A DNA stretch of 63,434 bases, counting the filler, from an uncultured Rhodopirellula sp. (GTDB lineage Bacteria > Planctomycetota > Planctomycetia > Pirellulales > Pirellulaceae), in NCBI GenBank assembly GCA_964007735.1. It is 4 parts of 4 records of this genome, joined end to end, with 100 filler letters (N's around TTAATTAATTAA, not from the genome) between each part and the next. Parts side by side here need not be neighbours in the genome. Positions count along the whole stretch, not along the records: positions 17,657 to 33,731 come from CAXGAI010000073.1; 3 more parts are not named here. One strand, 5' to 3'. A program made the translations under genes and the position numbers. Shown here piece by piece: positions 19,200-29,162 of this stretch (its first letter is position 1; each line of letters starts with the position of its first letter). The notes below the pieces were generated by a model. It saw nothing but the letters and a program-made list of their open reading frames with translations. It searched no databases and was not told the DNA's origin.

Positions 19200-20894
19200 T
19201 TAATTGTATAGAGAGTCATCAAGAATCAGTTTATAAATAGTTCCCTGATAGCCGACGATGAAGAGTTCACCGTCATGATCCACTCCAAAAGAGCATGGCT
19301 TTTCGGGAACCTTACCAATGACTCGCACATCAACGAGTTTGCGATTTTTCTGTGTCAGCGCCCAGATCGTTTTGGTTTCAAAATCAGCAAAGATATATTT
19401 ACCAACATAGGAAGGACTACGGTTTCCACGGTAAACATATCCACCCGTAACAGAAACCCCGTGCTTCCGACGGTAGGCGATTACCGGTGGAGTAAATGCT
19501 TCTCCGTTTCGCAGGTATTGTCTGGAGAATGGTGTGAAAGCCTCATAGACGTTCCAGCCGTGGTTTTCTCCCAGTTTTGGCATGTTGATTTCTTCATAAA
19601 GATTCTGCCCGATGTCTCCCACATACATTTCTTTGGTCTTGGAATCCCAACTGAAACGCCATGGCATACGAAAACCGTATGCCCAAATCTCGGGAAGAGC
19701 CTTTTCGCCGGCGTTTCGAAATGGATTATCCTTTGGAATTGAGTAGGGCAGCCCGGCGTCCCGGTGATCCACGTCGATTCGAAGAATCTTACCCAAATGG
19801 AGCCCAAGGTTTTGGCCATTGCCAAGCGGGTCCTCCTGCGGACCGCCATCACCGGCTCCGATGTAAAGATATCCGTCAGGACCGAAGGCTAACATGCCTC
19901 CCCAGTGCAGTACTGTTGGCTGCTCGATTTTTAGTAGTCGGCGAGAGGCACCACCGGTGTCATGACTTAGGTCTTCAACCGCTGTCCGTTCCACGATGAC
20001 CGGAGAGAAGATGTCATTTTCCCGGACATGGTAGTTCAGATAATATTTACGGTTATGGAGGAAGTCCGGATGGAATGCTAGACACAAAACACCTTCGTAT
20101 GTCCCGGTAATGGCTTCGTGGCTCAGATCTGCCCACAATTGCTTCTTTTGTCCCTCCGGAGTGATGCTCAACTGATAAATGTGTCGTGTTTTCTGCTCGA
20201 CAATCATGTAGGTGTTTTCTGACCCCGGCTTGGCGATGATACAGACGGGGTGATCAAAGCGATGAGAATCGTCATGTAACGCTTCGACTCGGGCTTGTTT
20301 GGCCACGGTCTCAAATGTATCAGGCATTCCGGGATATGCGATTCTGTCTTTTTGTTTGAGTGTTGTCAGGTACTGGACTAGATCACTAAATTCAGACTCA
20401 TTGATCACTTTATATAAATCAGCCGGCATCAATGAGGTGTTGCTACGCAATTGCTCTTCAATATCTTCTTTAGCAATTGTTATGAGTTCCCCTTTTTCAT
20501 TGATGAGTTCAAGGGCTTCGTTTGACTGAAATTGTAGGATTCCGGTAATGACTTTGCCGTCGACGGTCGTGACGGCGTGGCTGGCATGATCCGGGTGTAT
20601 TTGCGCACTCGGTTCTAGTATTGACCGAATGATCTGATCCCGATCAAATTTGTCACCAATGACCATCAGGTCCGGTCCGGCTTTCACTTCTTTCTTGCCG
20701 ACAGTATGGCATTTCCTGCAATTCGATTTCTCAGACTCGAATACAAGCTTGCCTTTAGCAGCATCCCCGCCATTCTTGGCGGCGGCAGTGTAGTGGGCCA
20801 CAATTTGCTTGTGATCTTCATTCTGTGCCTGAAGGATCGATGTCGTCTGAATGATAAGAAGTATGAGAGCAAGAATCTGATTGCGGTTACGCAT
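19200..20894 (-). CDS. secreted c-type heme domain + glucose/sorbosone (PQQ-type) dehydrogenase beta-propeller protein
   Basis: Signal peptide. Heme domain GDAAKGKLVF..CRKCH..GPDL..SLMP. GSDH motifs HWGGMLAFGPDGYLYIGAGDGG, GKILRID, WAYGFRMPWR. Confidence 0.88.
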   Translation of the reverse strand: MRNRNQILALILLIIQTTSILQAQNEDHKQIVAHYTAAAKNGGDAAKGKLVFESEKSNCRKCHTVGKKEVKAGPDLMVIGDKFDRDQIIRSILEPSAQIHPDHASHAVTTVDGKVITGILQFQSNEALELINEKGELITIAKEDIEEQLRSNTSLMPADLYKVINESEFSDLVQYLTTLKQKDRIAYPGMPDTFETVAKQARVEALHDDSHRFDHPVCIIAKPGSENTYMIVEQKTRHIYQLSITPEGQKKQLWADLSHEAITGTYEGVLCLAFHPDFLHNRKYYLNYHVRENDIFSPVIVERTAVEDLSHDTGGASRRLLKIEQPTVLHWGGMLAFGPDGYLYIGAGDGGPQEDPLGNGQNLGLHLGKILRIDVDHRDAGLPYSIPKDNPFRNAGEKALPEIWAYGFRMPWRFSWDSKTKEMYVGDIGQNLYEEINMPKLGENHGWNVYEAFTPFSRQYLRNGEAFTPPVIAYRRKHGVSVTGGYVYRGNRSPSYVGKYIFADFETKTIWALTQKNRKLVDVRVIGKVPEKPCSFGVDHDGELFIVGYQGTIYKLILDDSLYN

Positions 20895-20996
20895 GGTGGA
20901 GTGATCGCTGAAGGTGAAGAAGTTGCAGACTGGTTACTTCTAAAGTAACCCAGATGTGTACTCATGGAAACAATTTGAAACCAGTGCCACTTACAA

Positions 20997-22055
20997 TTAT
21001 TCGTAAGCATCCTCAACGAGAAGAGTTTTCAAATCGTCAGATGCCACATTCCACATGCGTTGCATCATCTCCTGAGCGTCCAGATATTCGTAGTTCTCAA
21101 TATCTCCGACAATACCGTTTAACGGTGTCTTCGTATCAAGACTTTGCTCCACGCGTTTTACGAAATTCGGTAAATTCTTCGAAAGTTCAATCGCTTCGTC
21201 CATATCCATCTGCCCTGCTTTGATACCAATCATGTTGTCCGGGAACAGAGATTTGTCGACAAGATCCGGTGAAATCAATTCAATGAGAGCAGTTTCGACA
21301 CCACCCGCGTGTTGGTCACCCCGTTCACCCGCGAATTGGATTAATGGTTCATGTAACCAGCGGAATCGATAGTTGTCACAAGCACTAATGCGTAACCCTT
21401 CTTCGATGGCCTGACGGTGGACAATCGAACCGTGAACGTCGACGACATAGATTCCTTTTGGCTGTAGCCACTTCATGATTGCGTCGGTGTACCCGGCAAC
21501 ATACTGCACGAGTAACCCCGGGGTGATGTCGATGCTTAGCCCGAACGGGAGTCCCCAGGTCAAGTGCCCATATTCCACAGGTGGGGCCAGACTGATTTCA
21601 GGAAAACGACGTTTTAATTGATCCAGAACGGCATAGCTTTGGATGGTATCTGTTGCTAAAGGTAGGTGAGGTCCATGCTCTTCGACGGCTGTATCAACAG
21701 AGAAACAGATGACTTTCCCTACCTCCGGAGCAGGCCATTCATATTTAGGCATTTCAACGACGAGTAAATCGGTTTCGAGTGATTTCCGCTGACCACTTTC
21801 CCAGTAGTAAGGAAAACAAAATCGTATGCGTTCAAGCAAGTTCGATTTGAGTTCCGGAGTCATTGCTTCGTGATACAGAGGAGGGAGTACAAGAGGTCCG
21901 ATGTCTGCGATCAGATCAGCAGGTGTACCTAGCGAAACGATGGGTAGTACCGGGCATTCATATTTAATTTGCTCTTTGAGCTTAGGCAATGAATAACTCG
22001 TGAGGAGCGGGCCTTCATTGATCTTCTCGGGTAAGCAAAACGAGCAGTCGGTCAT
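20997..22055 (-). CDS. creatininase/amidohydrolase family protein
   Basis: Metal-ligand motifs EEHGPHLPLATD, VHG and HAGGVET. Confidence 0.82.
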   Translation of the reverse strand: MTDCSFCLPEKINEGPLLTSYSLPKLKEQIKYECPVLPIVSLGTPADLIADIGPLVLPPLYHEAMTPELKSNLLERIRFCFPYYWESGQRKSLETDLLVVEMPKYEWPAPEVGKVICFSVDTAVEEHGPHLPLATDTIQSYAVLDQLKRRFPEISLAPPVEYGHLTWGLPFGLSIDITPGLLVQYVAGYTDAIMKWLQPKGIYVVDVHGSIVHRQAIEEGLRISACDNYRFRWLHEPLIQFAGERGDQHAGGVETALIELISPDLVDKSLFPDNMIGIKAGQMDMDEAIELSKNLPNFVKRVEQSLDTKTPLNGIVGDIENYEYLDAQEMMQRMWNVASDDLKTLLVEDAYE

Positions 22056-22238
22056 GATTGAATTCGTACCTAATTATTGAGTTGAGCGTTTCCGGTCACC
22101 CTGTCGGCATAGTAATTTGATGGTAAAATTGATTTTTTGACCGCAGCAAAGCATACCACAACCGGCAATGTTAACGCCATGCGAGGATATGGCTGCGGAG
22201 TTTACATATTTGTTGCATAACTTTACAGGATCAAATAG

Positions 22239-23420
22239 ATGTTCGGTTCTCTTGAAATGGCTCCGCCGGATGCAATTCTCGGACTCAACGTAGCTTTTCG
22301 GAATGACACTAATCCCAACAAAATCAACCTGGGCGTGGGTGTTTATAAAGATGAAACAGGCAATACTCCTGTTCTCGAATGTGTTAAGAAAGCCGAACAA
22401 CTCTTGTTGGAAAGTGAAACCAGTAAGTCCTATCTGGGTATCGATGGATTACCAGAATATGGTCCACTTGTTCGCAAAGTGTTGTTCAACGGTACTGTGG
22501 ATGAGTCTCGGGCGGTGACCCTGCAGACTCCGGGTGGTACCGGCGCACTTCGCGTTGCTGGTGATTTCCTTAAATACAAGGTTGGTGCTTCACGTATCTG
22601 GTTAAGTAATCCAACCTGGGCAAATCATAATGGGGTTTTTTCAAGTGCCGGGCTGGCGGTGGATTCTTATACGTACCTTGATTCCACGGGCTTAGCATTA
22701 GATTTTCAGGGAATGCTTGATAGTATTTCTCAGATTCCAGCAGGCGATGTGATTTGCCTGCATGCCTGCTGTCACAATCCTTCCGGAGTCGATCTTAGTC
22801 CCGAGCAGTGGGAACAAATCGCTGAAGCCTGTAAAGATCGTGGAATTCTACCCTTGATTGACTTTGCTTATCAAGGCTTTGCAAACGGCCTTCAGGAAGA
22901 TGCCGCAGCGCTTCGATTGTTTGCCGAAAAGGTAGGTGAATTCCTGATATGCAGTAGCTTCTCGAAAAACTTTGGGTTGTATTGTGAGCGTATCGGTGCT
23001 TTAACGATTGTGGCTGAAGAGGAGTCTGCTGCGGTGGTGGCTTTGAGTCATGCGAAGAAATCAGTTCGTACAAACTACAGCAATCCTCCGAAGCACGGCG
23101 GAGCAGTGGTGTCGACAGTACTCGGTTGTGATGAGTTGTATGCTCAATGGGATGGGGAAGTGGCTGCGATGCGAAATCGCATAAATGGTTTGCGAAAACT
23201 ATTTGTCGACACGATGGCGGCCAAAGGCAGCCCTGTCGACTTTTCGTTTATCCAGCAACAACGTGGAATGTTCTCCTATTCTGGATTGAATCCTATGCAG
23301 GTCGATCAATTGAAGAATGACCATTCCATCTATATTGTTGGCAGTGGCCGAATTAATGTAGCCGGTTTAAATAGTGGCAACGTTGAACAATTATGCGACG
23401 CGATTCTTCAGGTCCTTTAG
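22239..23420 (+). CDS. aspC: aspartate/aromatic amino acid aminotransferase (class Ia)
   Basis: PPDAILGL, KINLGVGVY, TPGGTGAL, CCHNPSG, DFAYQGF, SFSKNFGLYCERIG, GRINVAG. Confidence 0.95.
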   Translation: MFGSLEMAPPDAILGLNVAFRNDTNPNKINLGVGVYKDETGNTPVLECVKKAEQLLLESETSKSYLGIDGLPEYGPLVRKVLFNGTVDESRAVTLQTPGGTGALRVAGDFLKYKVGASRIWLSNPTWANHNGVFSSAGLAVDSYTYLDSTGLALDFQGMLDSISQIPAGDVICLHACCHNPSGVDLSPEQWEQIAEACKDRGILPLIDFAYQGFANGLQEDAAALRLFAEKVGEFLICSSFSKNFGLYCERIGALTIVAEEESAAVVALSHAKKSVRTNYSNPPKHGGAVVSTVLGCDELYAQWDGEVAAMRNRINGLRKLFVDTMAAKGSPVDFSFIQQQRGMFSYSGLNPMQVDQLKNDHSIYIVGSGRINVAGLNSGNVEQLCDAILQVL

Positions 23421-23656
23421 GGTTGTGGAGAAACTTTATCCCCTCATAACCCTCACAATTGGTGTAGGTAGATGGCCTGGTTATAGGCGGATAATGAATT
23501 AGATCAATCTTCAGCTATAGCAGATGTTTTTGACGGTGTTGCTTTTTGTTTTCCGGCCTAAACTGAGAGAATTGGTAATTTACAACTTTCTAAGACGATG
23601 CGGTGTTGAAACGTCAATTCATCGCTACCCTCCTATTGCACGGGCTATTTCAGAGA

Positions 23657-25081
23657 ATGAATTCCAATAAAATTGTCATGGGAGTCGTGCTTCCAATCCT
23701 CGTTTGGATGACCGCTATAGCCGTCATTGTTATGGTTAGGACGCCGGACATCGTTCCTGATGAAGAGGAATTAGAAACAGTACCGCTAGTGGACTCGGTG
23801 AAAGTCCAGCCCTATACGGATACATTCGTTATTGAAGCCGACGGAATTGTTGTACCTTTTCGAGAAATCCAGCTCGCATCTCAGGTAAGCGGTCGAATTG
23901 AATACAAGTCGGAGAGTTGCCGAGCGGGGCGTCAGGTCAAAAAAGGGGACGAACTTTTCCGTATCGACAGCCAAGACTACGAGTTGGCCGTGGAACAACT
24001 TAAACGTCAGCAGCAGCAAGCCGAAATTGATCTGGAAGACGCTAAGTTGGAAATCACAAAGTCGACCGATCTACTTAAACTGGCCAACGAAGACTTAAAG
24101 CTTGCATCCGCAGAATATACTCGCTTGAAAAAACTACGTGAAACTGGCAATGTTATTTCTATTTCCGATGTTGAACGCGCCCAGCGAGCTGAACTGACGG
24201 CTCAAAATACCGTCGTGCAATACAATGCCCAACTTAGTTCTGCCCGTCAAAGTGAATACAGACTGATTAGTAGCAAAGAACTGACAGAGATCTCGCTTCA
24301 AAAAGCAAATTTGGATTTAGCACGAACCTCAGTCAAAGCTCCTGTCGATGGTGTTGTTATTCGGGAATTGGTTGAGGAAGATTCATTTGCTCAACTGGGT
24401 ACAAATTTGGTAACGATTGAAGATACCAAACAGGGAGAAATTCGAGCGAATCTCAAGATGGATGATTTGTTATGGGTTCTGGGAGGTTTTGAGAAGCTTG
24501 ATGATGCGACAGGCTCTACGCTACCTCCTTTAGACGTGGATGTCAGCTATAAATTTTCGGGGTCACGTAATCTCACCATTCATTGGAATGGAGTCCTCAA
24601 TCGCTTTGATGGTCGGGGGTTAGATGCGACAACCAGAACAGTTCCCGTGCGGATTGTTGTAGCAAACCCGGAAGCTGAAGGGTTTGGCGAAATTGGTTCG
24701 TTAGTCCGGGGTATGTTTGTCGAACTGGCCATTGGCGTGGAAAAACAAGAGGGCCTGGTGCTTATTCCTCGTCATAGTTTGACGTCGTCAAATGAAGTTT
24801 ATGTGGTCATCCCAGTAAGTAATGACAGCACACCGCCTGATGGTATTCCTGAAGGTCGTTCTGCTGGTATTTACGGGAAAGTGAGTGAAGTTGTACCGCT
24901 ACATTCGGTTGAGCTTAACAATGAGTTCTTTTGGGTGGTGGACACTAATTCTAACGAATTGACGATAGATTCTATTGTGGTCACGCGTCGGTTGTTTGGT
25001 GTTGCGGATGGCACGGTGGTAGCTTTTGAAACTGTCCCAAATTCGACCTCCGTGGCTGTAAAAAATTCAGAGTCGGAATAA
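23657..25081 (+). CDS. RND efflux periplasmic adaptor (membrane fusion protein)
   Basis: N-terminal TM, SQVSGRI..GRQVKKGDEL, coiled coil, VKAPVDGVV, DATTRTV. Start could be 23603. Confidence 0.9.
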   Translation: MNSNKIVMGVVLPILVWMTAIAVIVMVRTPDIVPDEEELETVPLVDSVKVQPYTDTFVIEADGIVVPFREIQLASQVSGRIEYKSESCRAGRQVKKGDELFRIDSQDYELAVEQLKRQQQQAEIDLEDAKLEITKSTDLLKLANEDLKLASAEYTRLKKLRETGNVISISDVERAQRAELTAQNTVVQYNAQLSSARQSEYRLISSKELTEISLQKANLDLARTSVKAPVDGVVIRELVEEDSFAQLGTNLVTIEDTKQGEIRANLKMDDLLWVLGGFEKLDDATGSTLPPLDVDVSYKFSGSRNLTIHWNGVLNRFDGRGLDATTRTVPVRIVVANPEAEGFGEIGSLVRGMFVELAIGVEKQEGLVLIPRHSLTSSNEVYVVIPVSNDSTPPDGIPEGRSAGIYGKVSEVVPLHSVELNNEFFWVVDTNSNELTIDSIVVTRRLFGVADGTVVAFETVPNSTSVAVKNSESE

Positions 25082-25103
25082 TCAAACAAGAGGCAAGTTC
25101 CCC

Positions 25104-28100
25104 GTGATAAAGCGAATCGTTGCATGGGCCATTGATCGGTCGGCTGCCATGAACACGTTGATGGTTGCCATTATTCTGGCAGGTGTTTTCAGTTTTGGTG
25201 TCATGCGCCGTGAGAGCTTTCCTGAGTTTGAGTTAGAGATCATTCTTGTCAGTGTTCCTTATCCCGGTGCTGCGCCAGCGGTGACTGAAGAGGGTATTTG
25301 TCAGAAACTCGAGTCCGCCATTCATCCGATCGCCGGGATTAAACAATTGACCAGTGTCGCTGCCGAAGGCGTGGGCTATGCCGTGGTGGAGATCTATCCT
25401 GGCGAAGATGCCCAAAAGATTCTCAATGAAATACGCGGAGCAGTGGATCGTATTCCGAGCCTACCACAATTAGCGGAGAACAAAGATGTGCGTCAAATCA
25501 CGATGCGTAATCCGGCAATCCGCGTTGGTGTCCTGGGGCCACCATCAGTTTCCGGTATAGAGGCTGAGTTGGAGTTGCGAAATCTAACGGAAGAAATTCG
25601 TCAGGAATTGCTCATCCAAAAGCCTCTTTCAAAGTCCGGCCTCCAGGGAATGTTCGATTTTTTTACAGTGAATCCCGAACAGCCTGTCGTCACACAGGCG
25701 GATATTCTTGGAGCCAAACCATATCAGATTGACGTCGAGATTCGCGAACAGGATTTACGTAAATATAATTTGTCCTTGAAGCAGGTCGCTCAAATTTTGC
25801 GACAGGAAAACATCGATATACCGGGTGGAACACTTCGGTCTGAAGTGGGTGATGTCTCTCTTCAAGCAAAAAATAAAGGGGTGACGGGAGAAGAAATCGC
25901 TGAATTACCTCTTTTGAGAACCAATGGGGAGGCAGTCTTAAAAGTAAAAGATATTGCTAATGTTTATGATGGATTTGCTGATGTGGATTCGATTGATGAT
26001 GTGAATGGGCATCCGGCTAAGGTGATTTCTGTGATGCGTTCTCCTTCGGAGGATATTCTCAGAATTGCGGATGCAGTGCATCATTATGTCGATGAGCGTA
26101 ATCAGACGATGCCCCCAGGATACAAGCTTGAGGTTTGGTTTGATCAGTCTGTTTATGTTCAAGAACGAATGGATCTATTGATGACCAATGGGCTTCAAGG
26201 CCTGTTGTTGGTATTTGTCGTGTTAGCCTTGTTTCTCGAACTGCGTTTAGCATTCTGGGTAGCGATGGGAATTCCGATTTCTGTTTTGGGAGCAGGGATT
26301 GTTCTGATTTATATGGGTCAGACGATTAACATGATTTCGATGTTTGCCTTTTTGCTGGCGTTGGGAATTGTGGTGGATGATGCGATCGTTGTTGGTGAGA
26401 ATATCTATCGCTATCAGGAAAAAGGCCTCAAGCCTCTTCAAGCCGCCATTGAAGGTACAGCGGAGGTATTCCCGGCCGTCTCAGCTTCCGTTTCTACGAC
26501 CATTATTGCCTTTGCTCCCCTACTATTTATTGCAGGTATTATGGGGAAATTCTTTGCGGTGATGCCGGCGGCGGTTATCGCCATGCTGGCGATTTCTTTA
26601 TTTGAATGTGTGTTGATTCTTCCTGCTCATCTGGGCCACGCGTCTGGCAGGATTGAATCGGTTATCCGCTGGATTTTTACCCCTGTTCGTCCATTATTAT
26701 GGTTGATTCAAAAGGCAAATCAGAGTGCATCCTGGTGCCTGAACAAAGTGATTCATCAGTTCTATATGCCGAGTCTTCGGATATCGCTTAAGTTCCCGTT
26801 AATTCCGATTAGCGTGGCAACAGCCTTACTGGTGATTACGATTGTTGTCGTTGTTCGTGGTGTGATTCCCTTTGTATTCTTTCCCAAGATGGACAGCTTT
26901 GTGCTAAGTGCAAAAGTTGTTTTCCCGGATGGAACGCCATCCTCTGTGCCCGACGCCGCGACGAAAGAACTAGAAGCCGTCGCGCTGCAGTTGAAGAAGG
27001 AAGTTTCACCAGAAAGAGAGCTTTATAAAGTGGTGCATCGTGCGGTTGGACATGCCACAGGCTTAGCTTCAGATGGTGTAAGTAGCGGTGAAGCCGGCTC
27101 TTTTATAGGTGTTGTGGATATTGAATTGGTCGATAGTAGTGAGCGAAGCTATACCAGCCAGGAATTAATAAGTAAGTGGCGCGAATTAGCGCCGAAATTC
27201 CCTGACGCCGAATCGCTAGTGTTTACTGAAGGCGGAGGGCCGGGAGGTCCCGGTGGAAAGTCGATCGAATTTAAATTATTAGCTCCGACGAAGAAAATGG
27301 CAGAGCTGGAAGCTGCGGCTGCCGATTGTGTTGCTTTTCTGAATGCCAAACCGGGAGTAGCCGATGTCGAGGATGACATTCAAATAGGGAAGGAAGAATA
27401 TCGCTTTAAGATCAAAGAAGATGCTCAGGTGATGGGGATTTCGACGGCTGAACTTGCAGATGCTGTACGAGGAGCATTCTATGGTGAAGAAGTCATGCGA
27501 CTGCAACGCGGGCGTCACGAGGTGAAGCTCATGGTGCGTTACCCGGAACAGCAACGTCGACGTCTATTAAGCCTGTCGGACATTCGGGTGCGTGGAAATG
27601 ACAAAGCTGAACGGCCAATTACTGAAGTGGCGGAAATCACCAAGGTGCGTGAATTTGCGGAATTAAATCGTGTGAATCAATTACGTTCCATTACGATTAC
27701 CGGAGATGTAGATCGAACCCAAGGCGTTACATCTAATATGATTTACCATGCTGATATAGGCGACGGTAAGAAGTCATTTATGGATTACTTCAATACAGAT
27801 ATCAAAGAGAAGTACCCTAATGTGTACATCAAGTTTGAAGGACAGGCGCAACAGCAGAAAGAATCGATTGATAGTATGACGACTGGCTTTATCGTTGCCA
27901 TGCTTGTGATCTTCTTCGTGCTCACCCTTCAATTCAAATCTTATTTGCAGCCCTTCCTTATCATGTCGATCATTCCCTTTGGATTGATCGGAGCAGTTTG
28001 GGGGCACTTCTTTATGGGACTGGAAGTGACACTCTTCAGTCTTTGTGGAATTGTGGCTTTGATGGGTGTCGTCATCAACGATTCGATTGTTTTAATTGAC

Positions 28101-28421
28101 TACATCAATAAACATGGGAAGCGGGACGAAGATATTCTTACGGCCTTGGTGGAATCGGGGCGGGATAGATTTAGACCGGTCCTGCTGACTTCCGTCACAA
28201 CGGTGGCCGGCCTCTTGCCGTTGCTTCTTGAAACCTCGTTTCAGGCTCAGGTCCTCATTCCTATGGCGACGAGTCTTTGCTTTGGACTTATTCTGGGAAC
28301 AGCATTGATTCTCTACTTAATTCCCACTTTTTATGTTCTGTATTACAAGCTGACCCATGTGTTGTCGCATAAGAGTCATGCCGTAGCGATGGATGTTGCC
28401 GATCTTTCTATCCCTCCCTAG
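25104..28421 (+). CDS. RND efflux transporter permease (AcrB/AcrD/AcrF family)
   Basis: VSVPYPGA, GIVVDDAIVVGEN proton-relay motif, RFRPVLLTSVTT; 12-TM pattern. Confidence 0.95.
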   Translation: MIKRIVAWAIDRSAAMNTLMVAIILAGVFSFGVMRRESFPEFELEIILVSVPYPGAAPAVTEEGICQKLESAIHPIAGIKQLTSVAAEGVGYAVVEIYPGEDAQKILNEIRGAVDRIPSLPQLAENKDVRQITMRNPAIRVGVLGPPSVSGIEAELELRNLTEEIRQELLIQKPLSKSGLQGMFDFFTVNPEQPVVTQADILGAKPYQIDVEIREQDLRKYNLSLKQVAQILRQENIDIPGGTLRSEVGDVSLQAKNKGVTGEEIAELPLLRTNGEAVLKVKDIANVYDGFADVDSIDDVNGHPAKVISVMRSPSEDILRIADAVHHYVDERNQTMPPGYKLEVWFDQSVYVQERMDLLMTNGLQGLLLVFVVLALFLELRLAFWVAMGIPISVLGAGIVLIYMGQTINMISMFAFLLALGIVVDDAIVVGENIYRYQEKGLKPLQAAIEGTAEVFPAVSASVSTTIIAFAPLLFIAGIMGKFFAVMPAAVIAMLAISLFECVLILPAHLGHASGRIESVIRWIFTPVRPLLWLIQKANQSASWCLNKVIHQFYMPSLRISLKFPLIPISVATALLVITIVVVVRGVIPFVFFPKMDSFVLSAKVVFPDGTPSSVPDAATKELEAVALQLKKEVSPERELYKVVHRAVGHATGLASDGVSSGEAGSFIGVVDIELVDSSERSYTSQELISKWRELAPKFPDAESLVFTEGGGPGGPGGKSIEFKLLAPTKKMAELEAAAADCVAFLNAKPGVADVEDDIQIGKEEYRFKIKEDAQVMGISTAELADAVRGAFYGEEVMRLQRGRHEVKLMVRYPEQQRRRLLSLSDIRVRGNDKAERPITEVAEITKVREFAELNRVNQLRSITITGDVDRTQGVTSNMIYHADIGDGKKSFMDYFNTDIKEKYPNVYIKFEGQAQQQKESIDSMTTGFIVAMLVIFFVLTLQFKSYLQPFLIMSIIPFGLIGAVWGHFFMGLEVTLFSLCGIVALMGVVINDSIVLIDYINKHGKRDEDILTALVESGRDRFRPVLLTSVTTVAGLLPLLLETSFQAQVLIPMATSLCFGLILGTALILYLIPTFYVLYYKLTHVLSHKSHAVAMDVADLSIPP

Positions 28422-28529
28422 GGGTTGTCGATGTGTAGGTTTAGGGCAGGATCGTAGACTATTACAATACCGTTTGCCCTCGCAAGCAATATTTGATTCG
28501 CCGTACGTTTTTCAGAATTTTCGTTTGCG

Positions 28530-29156
28530 CTACGGTAAGAGCGAAAGTACTGAAGTGCTTGGTCTTGGGATGACATAGGCTGCGATCAGATTTCCTAATT
28601 TGGAAACTTCAGCCTCTCCGGCTTCAACCGCCGCTTTGACCGCTGCGACATCCCCCTTAATCACAACGGTTACATACCCGCCACCAAGCTTTTCTTTTCC
28701 AATCACTTCGACGTTAGCTGACTTGCAAGCCTGATCGATCGCATTAAAAACAGCAGTGAAGCCTTGCGTTTCAATGAAGCCTAATGCAAAGGAGTTATCG
28801 GTAGCCATTTCTATTTCCTCATCGCTGGTTGCATCCTCGATAGGATGATGTACAACATTTTGTTCTAACAGCCCGTTGTATTCTTCCGGTCCATTGATCA
28901 CGGGTTGAATTTGATTTTCCGGGTTCGCCAGTATCTTAACGACTGGTTTTCCACCTAATTCGGTAGCTATTTGTTTACCCGCTTCGATTGCTGATGTTAC
29001 TGCATCGAGCTCACCAGATACCTTTACCACGAATCCCAGAAAGTCGTTAACTTCAGATTGTAATACTTTCACATTGGCTGTCTTACACATGACATCCAGT
29101 GCAATCATTGCTGGGGTGTAGCCGGTCGTTTCCAGAAAGCCAATGGTCAAAGTCAT
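28530..29156 (-). CDS. bacterial microcompartment shell protein with two tandem BMC (Pfam00936) domains
   Basis: Domain 1 IGFLETTG..ALDVMCKTANV..VSGELDAVTSAIEAG. Domain 2 LGFIETQG..AIDQACKSANV..GGGYVTVVIKGDVAAVKAAVEAG..VIPRP. Confidence 0.92.
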   Translation of the reverse strand: MTLTIGFLETTGYTPAMIALDVMCKTANVKVLQSEVNDFLGFVVKVSGELDAVTSAIEAGKQIATELGGKPVVKILANPENQIQPVINGPEEYNGLLEQNVVHHPIEDATSDEEIEMATDNSFALGFIETQGFTAVFNAIDQACKSANVEVIGKEKLGGGYVTVVIKGDVAAVKAAVEAGEAEVSKLGNLIAAYVIPRPSTSVLSLLP

Positions 29157-29162
29157 GATGTA

